From positions 3,426 through 67,425 of the forward strand of contig JBBEBA010000077.1 of assembly GCA_040882575.1 (NCBI GenBank): 64,000 nt of DNA, given 5' to 3'. The notes beneath the pieces are model-generated. The model did not search any database and was not told where the DNA came from. It saw only the letters and a list, made by a program, of their open reading frames with translations. Origin of the DNA: Gemmatimonadota bacterium (GTDB taxonomy: Bacteria > Gemmatimonadota > Gemmatimonadetes > Longimicrobiales > RSA9). Below, one piece after another: positions 56,701-64,000 of this stretch. A program made the translations under genes and the position numbers. Position 1 is the stretch's first letter. Each line of letters opens with the position of its first letter.

Positions 56701-57235
56701 GGTCCAGCTCGGCGACCAGCACCCCGATCACATCCATGCTGTCGGTGGCCGCCAGCACCGGGTCGAACACGAACACGCGCCGGTCGCGCACGCCCGTAGC
56801 GGCAGGTCGCCGCGTGGCGAGCGCGCGCAGGTACGGATGCCGCATCGCCGTATCCTGCAGCGCGCCCTCCCGCTCGAACGCGCTGCCCTGCTGCGTGAGC
56901 ACTTCCTCGCTGCGCGTGTAGATGACGGAGACACTGCTCAACCCCGCCATGCCGGTGGTCACGCTGTCGAGCGACAGCACGAACGTCGGCAGCGCGGCCG
57001 AGTCTTCTGCCGCGACGAACGAGCTCTTCGCCGTGGACAGTGCGCCCATGCGCGCGGCGACTTCGTTGCCCAGGGCATCGGCCAGCATGCCCGCCCGCCG
57101 TTCGGCCGCACTTTCTGCCTGTGCCAGGTCCCGCGCCGAGCGGCTGCTGCGCTCGCGGTCGAAGAGGAAAACGATCCCTGTGACGACGACGAACGCCAGG
57201 ACCGGGATCAGATCCGCATACCTGCTGAAGCGCAT
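53783..57235 (-). CDS. Hybrid sensor histidine kinase (TM, periplasmic domain, TM, coiled coil, GAF, PAS, HisKA, HATPase, pseudo-REC, REC)
   Basis: Internal ATG at 57235 (MRFSRYADLIPVLAFVVVTGIVFLF). FLAVMSHELRTPINAI (H-box), GTGLGLSIARRFARLMNG (G2 box), C-terminal receiver VLIADDDPD...VIDLLMPGVDG. Confidence 0.9.
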   Translation of the reverse strand: MRFSRYADLIPVLAFVVVTGIVFLFDRERSSRSARDLAQAESAAERRAGMLADALGNEVAARMGALSTAKSSFVAAEDSAALPTFVLSLDSVTTGMAGLSSVSVIYTRSEEVLTQQGSAFEREGALQDTAMRHPYLRALATRRPAATGVRDRRVFVFDPVLAATDSMDVIGVLVAELDPFTIYRTATTTAALDSVSGGAGNHALYGPDSVRLSSTQIVPADWQTVTRSVRVADTDWIVTLSYPPPDLRGYRAERLATWIAGLALALAVSVILHFLRRTIHTQKEEIARRQAAEEAARMAAAEARERAKQARDLAAQLEAAQRAAQRLSTSLDPDDVVELFLGGVAEILDADIASLYTFEEEGELLVGRKRMVFRDVEGITERLREEDIRQVRAPVALLPSLGEAVSTGEPYVVENANDAGSLLSSRAGGPDSAVASVTLPLLVAGHTVGVASWEVFSGPRRFPPAMIAFSQALAAPASAALRTAELFLSLETERRRSAREALRFGAVLDQMADGVIVVDAEGRLERSNESAEELLSRELAQAPVDEWPSRFDLVSIEGRPLGPGDFPLVRAMRGERVRRATFIVRPDWGTERHLSCSAGPIQTATGEPAGAAMVLRDVTDEHQYAEMLRHTNRELRRQAEVLEQVNQQLREATKAKDQFLAVMSHELRTPINAIMGYSDLLDLGVKGPLNDDQRGMLTRVRETSGHLLGLINEVLDLAKIGAGRMDLVAVDIEVGSVVERAAQQILPLASSKGLTLTVEEPAVERPVIVRADVTRLTQIIVNLMSNAVKFTAHGAVTVSYCETAVAVTIRVADSGPGIPQDQAERIFEEFYQVEGGLSRASGGTGLGLSIARRFARLMNGDISVESEVGHGSTFTLTLPAVDEHAPEQEERTPTTIVLLAHDARALRRVAEDLRLAVRVLGATDPSQLVVLARQERPQLVALDARSPEHGAWRALTSLQSDPATSGIPIVLFAHADELGETALDLGIMTVLSKPLAVEHAAQVVTTSLTGVEAPAAGLTVLIADDDPDVRRILGEALTAAGSDVRAAASGGEALDLARRIAPDVAVIDLLMPGVDGIEAIAVMRGENALKNVRVVALVSRELADEEMSRLSASIDSLGRGRRSRSRATAEILRQAVDAVGAGQAQPGAVA

Positions 57236-57371
57236 TCCGTGTCTTTCAGGTGGAGCGGGGTGTCGAGCGGCTGCGCCCGACGGCAGCTCACGTGCTGACA
57301 GCACAAAGTATACCCCGCACGGCGCCTCTGCCACGGGTTTCGCAACGGCGCGGCCTCCCTCATCTTCGGGC

Positions 57372-58430
57372 ATGCCCGGCAATCATCGGACCCTGCTCTT
57401 CGCGCTCTGCCTCGCGCTGTCCGCCTGCTCGCCGCTGTACGTGGTGCGCGCTGGCATCGAGGAGGCGCGCATCCTCAGCCGGCGCCGGCCGATCACGAGC
57501 GTCATCGAGGACGCGGCGACGCCACCGGAAGCGCGGCGCAAGCTCGAGCTCGTGCTGCAGGCGCGTGACTTCGCGGAGCACGCGCTCGACCTGTCCACCG
57601 GCGAGAGCTACACGACCTACTCGTGGGTGGACAGCGACACGCTGCTGCTCGTGGTGTCCGGCTCGCGCAGGGACCGCTTCGAGGCGCACACCTGGTGGTT
57701 CCCGATCGTCGGGCGCGTGCCGTACAAGGGGTACTTCGAGTTCGACGACGCGCACCGCGAGGCGGAGCGCCTGGAGGGCGATGGCTACGACGCGTATGTG
57801 CGACCGAGCGCCGCGTTCAGCACGCTCGGCTGGTTCAACGACCCGCTGCTCAATACCATGCTACGCTACGACGACGTCTCGCTCGTCAACACGGTGATCC
57901 ACGAGCTGCTGCACAATACCGTCTACATCCCGAGCCGCATCAGCTTCAATGAGAGCTTCGCCAACTTCGTGGGCGAGCGCGGTGCCATCGCATTCTTCTG
58001 CGGCCGCGACGGCGAGGACTCCGTGCGCTGCGGCCAGGCGCGGGACAGCTGGGCGGACAACCTGCTCTTCGCCGACTTCCTCTCCGGCCTGGTCGGCGAG
58101 CTGGAGACGCTCTACCGGCGGGACGACCTGTCATCGGCCGAAAAGATCGAGCTGCGCGAGCCGATCTTCGACAGCGCCCGCGCCCGCTTCTCGGACGAGG
58201 TCGCGCCGGCACTTCGCACGAATGCGTTCAACGGCTTCCTGCGACGGCCCCTGAACAATGCCACGCTCATCGGCACCCGGCTGTACTACGACCGGCTGCC
58301 ACTGTTCGAGGCCGTGTACGATCAGCTCGGCGGCGACTACAAGGCTGCGCTGCACGCCATCCTCGAGGCGGCAGCAGACCGGCCGGATGAGCCCTACGCT
58401 GCGGTCGAGGCACTGCTGACGTCCCGCTGA
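57372..58430 (+). CDS. Putative zinc aminopeptidase lipoprotein (DUF2265/'Aminopep' family)
   Basis: ATG at 57372. Lipobox LFALCLALSAC. HTWWFPIVGRVPYKGYF...STLGWFNDPL...VIHELLHNT (HExxH)...FNESFANFVG. Confidence 0.75.
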   Translation: MPGNHRTLLFALCLALSACSPLYVVRAGIEEARILSRRRPITSVIEDAATPPEARRKLELVLQARDFAEHALDLSTGESYTTYSWVDSDTLLLVVSGSRRDRFEAHTWWFPIVGRVPYKGYFEFDDAHREAERLEGDGYDAYVRPSAAFSTLGWFNDPLLNTMLRYDDVSLVNTVIHELLHNTVYIPSRISFNESFANFVGERGAIAFFCGRDGEDSVRCGQARDSWADNLLFADFLSGLVGELETLYRRDDLSSAEKIELREPIFDSARARFSDEVAPALRTNAFNGFLRRPLNNATLIGTRLYYDRLPLFEAVYDQLGGDYKAALHAILEAAADRPDEPYAAVEALLTSR

Positions 58431-58463
58431 TCCGGTGGCTTGGAGATCGCGGCGCACTCCTTT

Positions 58464-58661
58464 TCACGCAGAGGCGCAGAGTCGCAGAGGCGCGGAGCGC
58501 GCAGGTTCGGCGTCCCCGGCCTGGGTCTCGCTTCCGGTTCAGCCAACATTCCTTCTGTTGTTGACAACAACATTCATCCTTGTCAGGCGTGGTGGCCTGC
58601 CGGCAGTGCCGCGAACACCGCTCTGCCCTCTGCGACTCTGCGACTCTGCGGCTCTGCGTGA
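58464..58661. repeat. 198-bp element bounded by inverted arrays of four tandem octamers (CGCAGAGN)4 / (NCTCTGCG)4
   Basis: Left arm TCACGCAGAGGCGCAGAGTCGCAGAGGCGCGGAGC (58464-58498). Right arm GCTCTGCCCTCTGCGACTCTGCGACTCTGCGGCTCTGCGTGA (58620-58661). The interior holds the 15-bp palindrome GTTGTTGACAACAAC (58557-58571). Confidence 0.85.
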
Positions 58662-58751
58662 GAATGAAAGCACCCGGCCGCTTTCCGGCCTCTACCCCCT
58701 GCCCGCGTTACCTTCTACATTCGGCAGTTCTCAACCGGAACCGGCACGAGC

Positions 58752-61226
58752 ATGGACTACAGGCCCCAGGATATCGAAGAGAAGTGGCAGCGCCGCTGGG
58801 CGGAGCAGAACGTCAACTCGCTGAGTGACGAGCAGCTCCGTACGGCCAGCCGGCCGTTCTACAACCTCATGATGTTCCCGTACCCGTCGGCCGAAGGGCT
58901 GCACGTCGGCAACATGTATGCGTTCACGGGCGCGGACATCTACGGGCGGTGGAAGCGGCTGCTGGGCGAGACCGTCTTCGAGCCGATCGGCTTCGACGCG
59001 TTCGGCATCCATTCGGAGAACTTCGCGCTGAAGATCGGCACGCATCCGATGGAGCTGATCCCGCGCAACATCGCCAACTTCACGCGCCAGCTCACGCGCA
59101 TCGGCGCGATGTACGACTGGAACCACGTTGTCGATACGACGGACCCGTCCTACTACCGGTGGACGCAGTGGCTCTTCCTCCAGCTCTACCGCGCCGGCCT
59201 CGCCGTGAAGAAGGAAGCGCCCGTCAACTGGTGCCCGGGCTGTCACACCGTCGTCGCGAACGAGCAGGTCATCGCCGGCGAGTGCGAGCGCTGCGGCAGC
59301 ACGGTCGAGCAGCGGTTCCTGTCGCAGTGGTTCTTCGCCATCACGCAGTACGCGCAACGGCTGCTCGATAACCTGAAGTGGATCGACTGGTCGGGTACGA
59401 CGAAGAAGGCGCAGGAGAACTGGATCGGCCGCAGTGAGGGCGCGACCGTGCACTTCCCCGTCGCGCGCGGCCGCGTCGCCGAAGACCGCCACGAGGCCGC
59501 GTCCGTGCAGCCGGACCGCAACCGCATCAGCGTGTTCACGACGCGGCCGGACACGATCTTCGGCGCGACGTTCATGGTGCTCGCGCCCGAGCATCCGTAC
59601 GTCGAGCGCCTGACCAGCGATGAACAGCGCGCGGCGGTCGATGCCTACCGCGAAGCTGCGGCATCGCTCGACCTCGTGTCCCGACGCAAGACGGACGAGA
59701 AGGAGAAGACCGGCGTGTTCACGGGCGGCCACTGCGTGAACCCGGCGACCGGCCGGGAGATCCCCGTGTGGATCGCCGACTACGTGCTCATGGAGTACGG
59801 CACGGGCGCGGTCATGGCGGTGCCGGGGCATGACGAGCGCGATTTCGAGTTTGCCACGAAGTTCGGCCTGCCGATCGTTGAGGTGGTACAGCGGGCGACA
59901 ACTGCGGGCGAGAGTACTGCGGGGGCTTACGCCGGGGAGGGGGTGCTGGTCAACTCGGGGGAGTTCGACGGGATGCCGTCGCACGAGGCGATCGGCGCGA
60001 TCACGGCGTGGCTGGCGGAGCGGCGGGCGGCGGAGCCGAAGGTCAACTACCGGCTGCACGACTGGTGCATCTCGCGGCAGCGCTACTGGGGCCCGCCGAT
60101 CCCGATCATCTACTGCGACGCGTGCGGCACCGTGCCCGTGCCTGAGGAGCAGCTGCCGGTGGTGCTGCCGAACATCGAGAACTACCGGCCGGACGAGAGC
60201 GGCGTGTCGCCGCTGGCACGGGTGGAGTCGTGGTACCGCGTGCCGTGCCCGTCGTGCGGCGGCGAGGGGCGTCGTGAGACGGACGTGAGCGACACGTTCC
60301 TCGACAGTGCGTGGTACTTCCTGCGGTACCCGTCGGCGAACCGCGACGACGTCGCGTTCGATGCGGAGATCACGAGGAAGTGGCTGCCGGTGGACATGTA
60401 CATCGGCGGCGAGGAGCACGCGGTGCTGCACCTGCTGTACGCGCGCTTCATCACGATGGTGCTGAAGGACCTCGGCCACATCGCGTTCGAGGAGCCGTTC
60501 GCGCAGTTCCGCAAGCATGGCCTGCTGATCAAGGAAGGCTCGAAGATGTCGAAGAGCCGCGGCAACGTCGTGATACCGGACCGCTACATCGAGGAGTGGG
60601 GCGCGGACACGTTCCGCACCTACCTCATGTTCCTGGGCCCGTACCAGGAGGGCGGCGACTTCCGCGACCAGGGGCTGCAGGGTCCGTTCGGCTTCTTCAG
60701 CCGGCTGTGGGACACGATCGTTCCGGTCGCTGCCCTCGGCACCGATCAGCCGCGCGGCAGCATCGAGCAGAAGCTGCACGCGACGATCGCAAAGGTCACC
60801 GACGACATTGCAGGGCTGCGCTACAACACGGCGATCGCCGCGATGATGGAGTACCTGAACGCGCTGCGCGAGAGCAACCGTGCGGTCAATCGTGCGGAGG
60901 TCGAGCCGCTCGTGCCGCTGGTCGCGCCGTTCGCGCCGCACATCGCCGAAGAGCTGTGGGAGCTGCTCGGCCACACGGACTCCATCTTCACGGGCACGAG
61001 CTGGCCATCGTACGACGCGGCGAAGGCGGTCGCAGACACCGTCGAGTTCGTCGTACAGGTGAACGGCAAGCTGCGCGCGCGCATGCCGATGTCGCGCGGC
61101 ATCACCGAGACTGCGGCGAAGGATGCGGCGCTCGCGGACGAGAACGTGCGCAGGTTCATCGACGGCGCACAGGTGCGGAAGATCATCTTCGTGCCGGACC
61201 GCCTGCTCAACATCGTCGTCGGATGA
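58752..61226 (+). CDS. leuS: Leucyl-tRNA synthetase
   Basis: 824 aa. FYNLMMFPYPSAEGLHVGN (HIGH-type), CP1 editing domain, KMSKSRGNV. Confidence 0.97.
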   Translation: MDYRPQDIEEKWQRRWAEQNVNSLSDEQLRTASRPFYNLMMFPYPSAEGLHVGNMYAFTGADIYGRWKRLLGETVFEPIGFDAFGIHSENFALKIGTHPMELIPRNIANFTRQLTRIGAMYDWNHVVDTTDPSYYRWTQWLFLQLYRAGLAVKKEAPVNWCPGCHTVVANEQVIAGECERCGSTVEQRFLSQWFFAITQYAQRLLDNLKWIDWSGTTKKAQENWIGRSEGATVHFPVARGRVAEDRHEAASVQPDRNRISVFTTRPDTIFGATFMVLAPEHPYVERLTSDEQRAAVDAYREAAASLDLVSRRKTDEKEKTGVFTGGHCVNPATGREIPVWIADYVLMEYGTGAVMAVPGHDERDFEFATKFGLPIVEVVQRATTAGESTAGAYAGEGVLVNSGEFDGMPSHEAIGAITAWLAERRAAEPKVNYRLHDWCISRQRYWGPPIPIIYCDACGTVPVPEEQLPVVLPNIENYRPDESGVSPLARVESWYRVPCPSCGGEGRRETDVSDTFLDSAWYFLRYPSANRDDVAFDAEITRKWLPVDMYIGGEEHAVLHLLYARFITMVLKDLGHIAFEEPFAQFRKHGLLIKEGSKMSKSRGNVVIPDRYIEEWGADTFRTYLMFLGPYQEGGDFRDQGLQGPFGFFSRLWDTIVPVAALGTDQPRGSIEQKLHATIAKVTDDIAGLRYNTAIAAMMEYLNALRESNRAVNRAEVEPLVPLVAPFAPHIAEELWELLGHTDSIFTGTSWPSYDAAKAVADTVEFVVQVNGKLRARMPMSRGITETAAKDAALADENVRRFIDGAQVRKIIFVPDRLLNIVVG

Positions 61227-61227
61227 C

Positions 61228-62337
61228 GTGGCGCGCGCCGGTAACGCGGGCGACGTAGCAGCCGCGCGGCCACTGCGCATTGCGGCGCACATCTCGGCAG
61301 CCGAGTGGGGCGGCGCCGAGCGGCGCAGCCTCGTGCTGCTCGCCGGCCTCGCCGGGCGCGGCCACGACGTCGTCGTGTACTGCGGCACGCGGCGCATCTA
61401 CGACAGGATACGCGAGCATGGGCTCGCCGCGGTGCTCCGCCCGCTCAGCGGCGACGTCATGGTCGGTCACGCGTTCGCGTTCGCCGCGCACCTGCGCCGG
61501 CAGCAGCCCGACGTCCTGCTCCTCATCACGTTCCGCCGCCTGTGGCTCGGCGCGCTCGCGGGCCGGCTCGCCGGCGTGCCGCGCATAATCGCGCGCATCG
61601 GACTCGCCACCGATGTCGCTCGCAGCATGAAGTACCGGCTCGTGCTGAAGCACTGGGTCGACGACGTCGTAGTGAATGCGCACGCGCTGCACGCCCCGTT
61701 CGCGGCGAAGCTGGCGCCGCGATCGCGCGCTCGCGTGCACACCATACCGAACGGCGTCGAGCCGCGCGCCGGCGAGCTGTCGCGCACTGACGCGCGCCGC
61801 GCGCTCGACGTGCCGGAGCACGCGTTCGTCGTCGGCACGGTCACCCGCATCGTGAAGCAGAAGCGCATCGACCGCATGCTGCACGCAGTTGCGGCGGCAC
61901 CGGAATCATTCGCGATCATCGCCGGCGACGGTGCGCTGCTGCCGGCGATGAAGACGCTGGCCGCGCAGCTCGGCATTGCGGAGCGCGTGCGCTTTCCCGG
62001 CTACCGCGAGGATGTCGGCAACGTGCTCGCGGCGCTCGACGCGTACCTGATCGCGTCCGACCAGGAGGGCATGTCCAGCGGGATGCTGGAGGCGCTCGCG
62101 GCGGGCGTGCCCGTGATCAGCACGGCAGTGAGCGGCGCGGACGAGGCACTCCGCGGCGAGCCCGCGTGCGGTGTGGTCGTGGGATTCGATGCGGACGCGA
62201 TCGCTGCAGCCGTCACCGGACTGCGCGACCGGCCGGCCCTGCGCGCGCAGCTCGCCGCCGCTGCGCTGGAAGTCGCGCGAGCACGCTACGGCACTGCTGC
62301 AATGGTCGACGCGTGGGACGCGCTGCTCCGCGCCTGA
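61228..62337 (+). CDS. GT4-family (GT-B) glycosyltransferase
   Basis: In-frame GTG at 61228, 2 nt after the leuS stop. N-terminus RIAAHISAAEWGGAERR. C-terminal EGMSSGMLEALAAGVPVIST motif. Confidence 0.78.
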   Translation: MARAGNAGDVAAARPLRIAAHISAAEWGGAERRSLVLLAGLAGRGHDVVVYCGTRRIYDRIREHGLAAVLRPLSGDVMVGHAFAFAAHLRRQQPDVLLLITFRRLWLGALAGRLAGVPRIIARIGLATDVARSMKYRLVLKHWVDDVVVNAHALHAPFAAKLAPRSRARVHTIPNGVEPRAGELSRTDARRALDVPEHAFVVGTVTRIVKQKRIDRMLHAVAAAPESFAIIAGDGALLPAMKTLAAQLGIAERVRFPGYREDVGNVLAALDAYLIASDQEGMSSGMLEALAAGVPVISTAVSGADEALRGEPACGVVVGFDADAIAAAVTGLRDRPALRAQLAAAALEVARARYGTAAMVDAWDALLRA

Positions 62338-62344
62338 CGCGTCG

Positions 62345-63478
62345 TCATGCGACCCCGGCGGCGGACAGGATCCGCTGCGCGCGCAGGTCCGTGCCGTAGA
62401 CCTCGACATCCTGCCGCGCCCGACGCGCGAGCCGCTCGCGCAGCTCCGGATCGTGGGCACGCTCCAGCGCAGCCCCCCATTCGGCCGCATCGTCGGGCTC
62501 GCACAGCAGCGCGCTGTCCGGACCGAGCACCTCCTCGATGCCCGGCAGACGGCTGCTGATGATCAGCCGGCCGGCCGCCATGTACTCGAACATCTTGAGC
62601 GGGTTCGCGAACGCCGCGGTCTCACCGCCGCCGCTCACGAACACGCGGCGCGCGTACGGCATCAGCAGAACGTCGCACGCCTGCAGGTACAGCGGCAGCC
62701 CGGCATTCGGCACGAAGCCGAGCACTGCGACGTTGCCGAGCCCGCGTCCGGCGACGACGTCGCGTGCCTCCTGCACCGCTGCCGCTTCGCCGCCCATCAC
62801 GCGGAACATCACGCGCGGATACTGCGCGGCGAGCGTCAGGATCATGTCGAAGCCGCGGCCGGCATAGAGATGGCCAGCGTAGCCGGCTGTCAGTTCCGCT
62901 TCGTCCCAGCCGAGCGTGCGGCGCGCGTCCGCCGGCGACCGCGATGCGCGGAACCGGTCCAGATCCACGCCGTTCGGCTCCACCACGACGGTGCAGTCGC
63001 CGAAGCCAGGCACACGGTCGGTCAGGATGCGCCGCAGCGCATGCGACACGCAGACGAACGCGCGCAGGCCCGGCGCCCCGGGCAGCCGTCGCAGCGCCCA
63101 GGTGTCCAGCCGGCGCGGCGGTGGATCGTGCAGCTCCAGCACCGTCGGCCGGTTCAGCGCCGCGAGCGCCGCCGCTATGCGCATGTCGATCGTGAAGTAC
63201 AGGTCGGCCTTCAGCCGCAGCGCGTGCGCGGTAGCCCGCGCCTCCCACGCCACCCGTCCCAGCGTGCGGTAGCCGCGCAGCCACTCGATGCGGAAATCGA
63301 TCGGCACGCCGTAGAGCTGCTGCAGCTCGGCCGGCGACGGCAGCGTCTTCGTGTAGCGCGGCACCAGCATGGTCAATTCGTGGCCAGCCGCGACAAACCC
63401 GGCACAGATCTTCACGCTCTGCAGGCTGTTCGCCGTCTTCGACGGGATGCGCCCGTTGGTCAGATAGACGATGTGCAT
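62345..63478 (-). CDS. GT4-family (GT-B) glycosyltransferase
   Basis: Internal ATG at 63478 (MHIVYLTNGRIPSKTANSLQ...). The C-terminal ...NPLKMFEYMAAGRLIISS resembles the E-x7-E region. The upstream ORF extension overlaps the CsbD gene region. Confidence 0.78.
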   Translation of the reverse strand: MHIVYLTNGRIPSKTANSLQSVKICAGFVAAGHELTMLVPRYTKTLPSPAELQQLYGVPIDFRIEWLRGYRTLGRVAWEARATAHALRLKADLYFTIDMRIAAALAALNRPTVLELHDPPPRRLDTWALRRLPGAPGLRAFVCVSHALRRILTDRVPGFGDCTVVVEPNGVDLDRFRASRSPADARRTLGWDEAELTAGYAGHLYAGRGFDMILTLAAQYPRVMFRVMGGEAAAVQEARDVVAGRGLGNVAVLGFVPNAGLPLYLQACDVLLMPYARRVFVSGGGETAAFANPLKMFEYMAAGRLIISSRLPGIEEVLGPDSALLCEPDDAAEWGAALERAHDPELRERLARRARQDVEVYGTDLRAQRILSAAGVA

Positions 63479-63617
63479 CGCCGCATTATACCGGCGGCTC
63501 CGACGGCTCGCACCTGCGTCGGCGCGCCGCCAGCGGCTCGGAGCGTTCCTTGCATTATTACCGGACCGGGTCGCGCAAATGGGCGCGGCAGCGCAGCAAA
63601 CCAGAAGGAGGCAGCAC

Positions 63618-63845
63618 ATGGCAGATCGGGAAATCCGGCGCAAGGGCGTGGAGAACCAGGTCAAGGGCGCGGCGAAGGACCTCGAAGGCAAGGTCCGCGG
63701 CGACATCGGCGACGCGACCGACAACGAGAGCCAGCACCTGAAGGGCCGCGCGCAGCAGGCGAAGGGCAAGGCTCAGCGCAAGCTCGGCGAGATCCAGGAA
63801 GACATCGCCGACAAGTCCGATCGCACCACCCGCCGCGATCGCTGA
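63618..63845 (+). CDS. CsbD-family stress-response protein
   Basis: GAAGGAGG Shine-Dalgarno, then ATG at 63618. KGVENQVKGAAKDLEGKVRGDIGDATDNESQHLKGRAQQAKGKAQ. Confidence 0.85.
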   Translation: MADREIRRKGVENQVKGAAKDLEGKVRGDIGDATDNESQHLKGRAQQAKGKAQRKLGEIQEDIADKSDRTTRRDR

Positions 63846-63855
63846 ACGCAGCGCG

Positions 63856-63904
63856 GGACGTCGCCGGAGGCTCGCGCGCCGGGCCTCCGGCGACGTCCGT
63901 TTTT
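63856..63904 (+). terminator. Rho-independent terminator after the CsbD gene
   Basis: 16-bp perfect stem GGACGTCGCCGGAGGC / GCCTCCGGCGACGTCC with an 11-nt loop, followed by GTTTTT. Confidence 0.85.
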
Positions 63905-63942
63905 CACAGGCGCACGACCTCATTTTCGACTGATTTCCTCGG

Positions 63943-63971
63943 TTGACACCCCCTGATCCTTCGGTTAGTTT
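63943..63971 (+). promoter_or_regulatory. Candidate sigma70-type promoter for the downstream tRNA
   Basis: TTGACA (63943-48), 17-nt spacer, TAGTTT (63966-71), about 10 nt upstream of the tRNA 5' end. It has the same architecture as the his promoter candidate. Confidence 0.5.
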
Positions 63972-63981
63972 ACACGTCTGT

Positions 63982-64000
63982 CGCGGGGTGGAGCAGTCTG
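63982..64000 (+). tRNA. 5' end of an initiator tRNA-Met (fMet), truncated by the window edge
   Basis: CGCGGGGTGGAGCAGTCTG matches the acceptor stem and D-arm start of bacterial tRNA-fMet (E. coli CGCGGGGUGGAGCAGCCUGG...), including the 5' C typical of initiators. The anticodon is not visible. Confidence 0.6.

Noticed and set aside
58561-58589. Promoter for leuS based on the TTGACA hexamer inside the palindrome
   Set aside because: No acceptable -10 hexamer lies 16-19 nt downstream. The hexamer is more simply explained as part of the 15-bp palindrome.
58431-58751. T-box riboswitch or other known leader controlling leuS
   Set aside because: I could not find the conserved T-box sequence, a specifier-loop arrangement or a terminator with a U-tract. 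The region is better described as an inverted octamer-array element of unknown function.
63846-64000. tRNA-associated integration site or genomic island at the right edge
   Set aside because: Only the first 19 nt of the tRNA are in the window. No integrase, att-like repeat or compositional shift is visible on the available side.

Overview
This is a very GC-rich bacterial chromosomal segment. Third codon positions are almost uniformly G/C, so the supplied track contains many long spurious antisense ORFs. The gene content looks like a Gemmatimonadota-type soil bacterium, but I cannot verify that here.

I can support about 55 protein genes, and most are housekeeping:
- **Core functions:** dnaE-accA-ricT-metG, gyrA, uvrA, leuS, a fadB/J-type beta-oxidation enzyme, waaA and several glycosyltransferases.
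- **Disulfide-bond cluster:** a VKOR homologue flanked by two DsbA-like genes.
- **Signalling block:** an MCP, then a LiaF-like / ABC exporter / REC / EAL operon, plus a large hybrid histidine kinase.
- **Histidine operon:** one compact operon covering every step. The order is hisG, a fused hisD-hisC, hisH, hisA, hisB, hisF, hisN, hisIE, and almost every junction is a stop/start overlap.
- **Other elements:** one small IS1595-family insertion sequence with perfect 15-bp terminal inverted repeats, and the 5' end of an initiator tRNA at the right edge.

The most interesting locus is 47238-49129. A JAMM/MPN+ metalloprotease gene is translationally coupled to a single ORF. In that ORF a CysO/MoaD-like ubiquitin-fold sulfur carrier ends in Gly-Gly and is fused in cis to a MoeZ-type E1 adenylyltransferase-rhodanese. 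The carrier would therefore have to be cut out of its own activating enzyme. No acceptor enzyme (CysM, MoaE, ThiG or an E2) is nearby.

Other items worth a second look:
- A His-rich (HHVSHH) candidate leaderless leader peptide plus terminator upstream of hisG.
- The hisD-hisC fusion.
- Three unexplained families of G-rich or structured intergenic repeats: a 43-bp perfect tandem pair after metG, a 43-nt repeat bracketing a beta-propeller lipoprotein gene, and a 198-bp element upstream of leuS bounded by inverted octamer arrays.
- An alternating purine-pyrimidine tract upstream of gyrA.
- An unlisted 54-codon PLD_N-type membrane ORF.
- An orphan Dam-class DNA methyltransferase.

All domain calls come from by-eye motif recognition. 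No database search was run.
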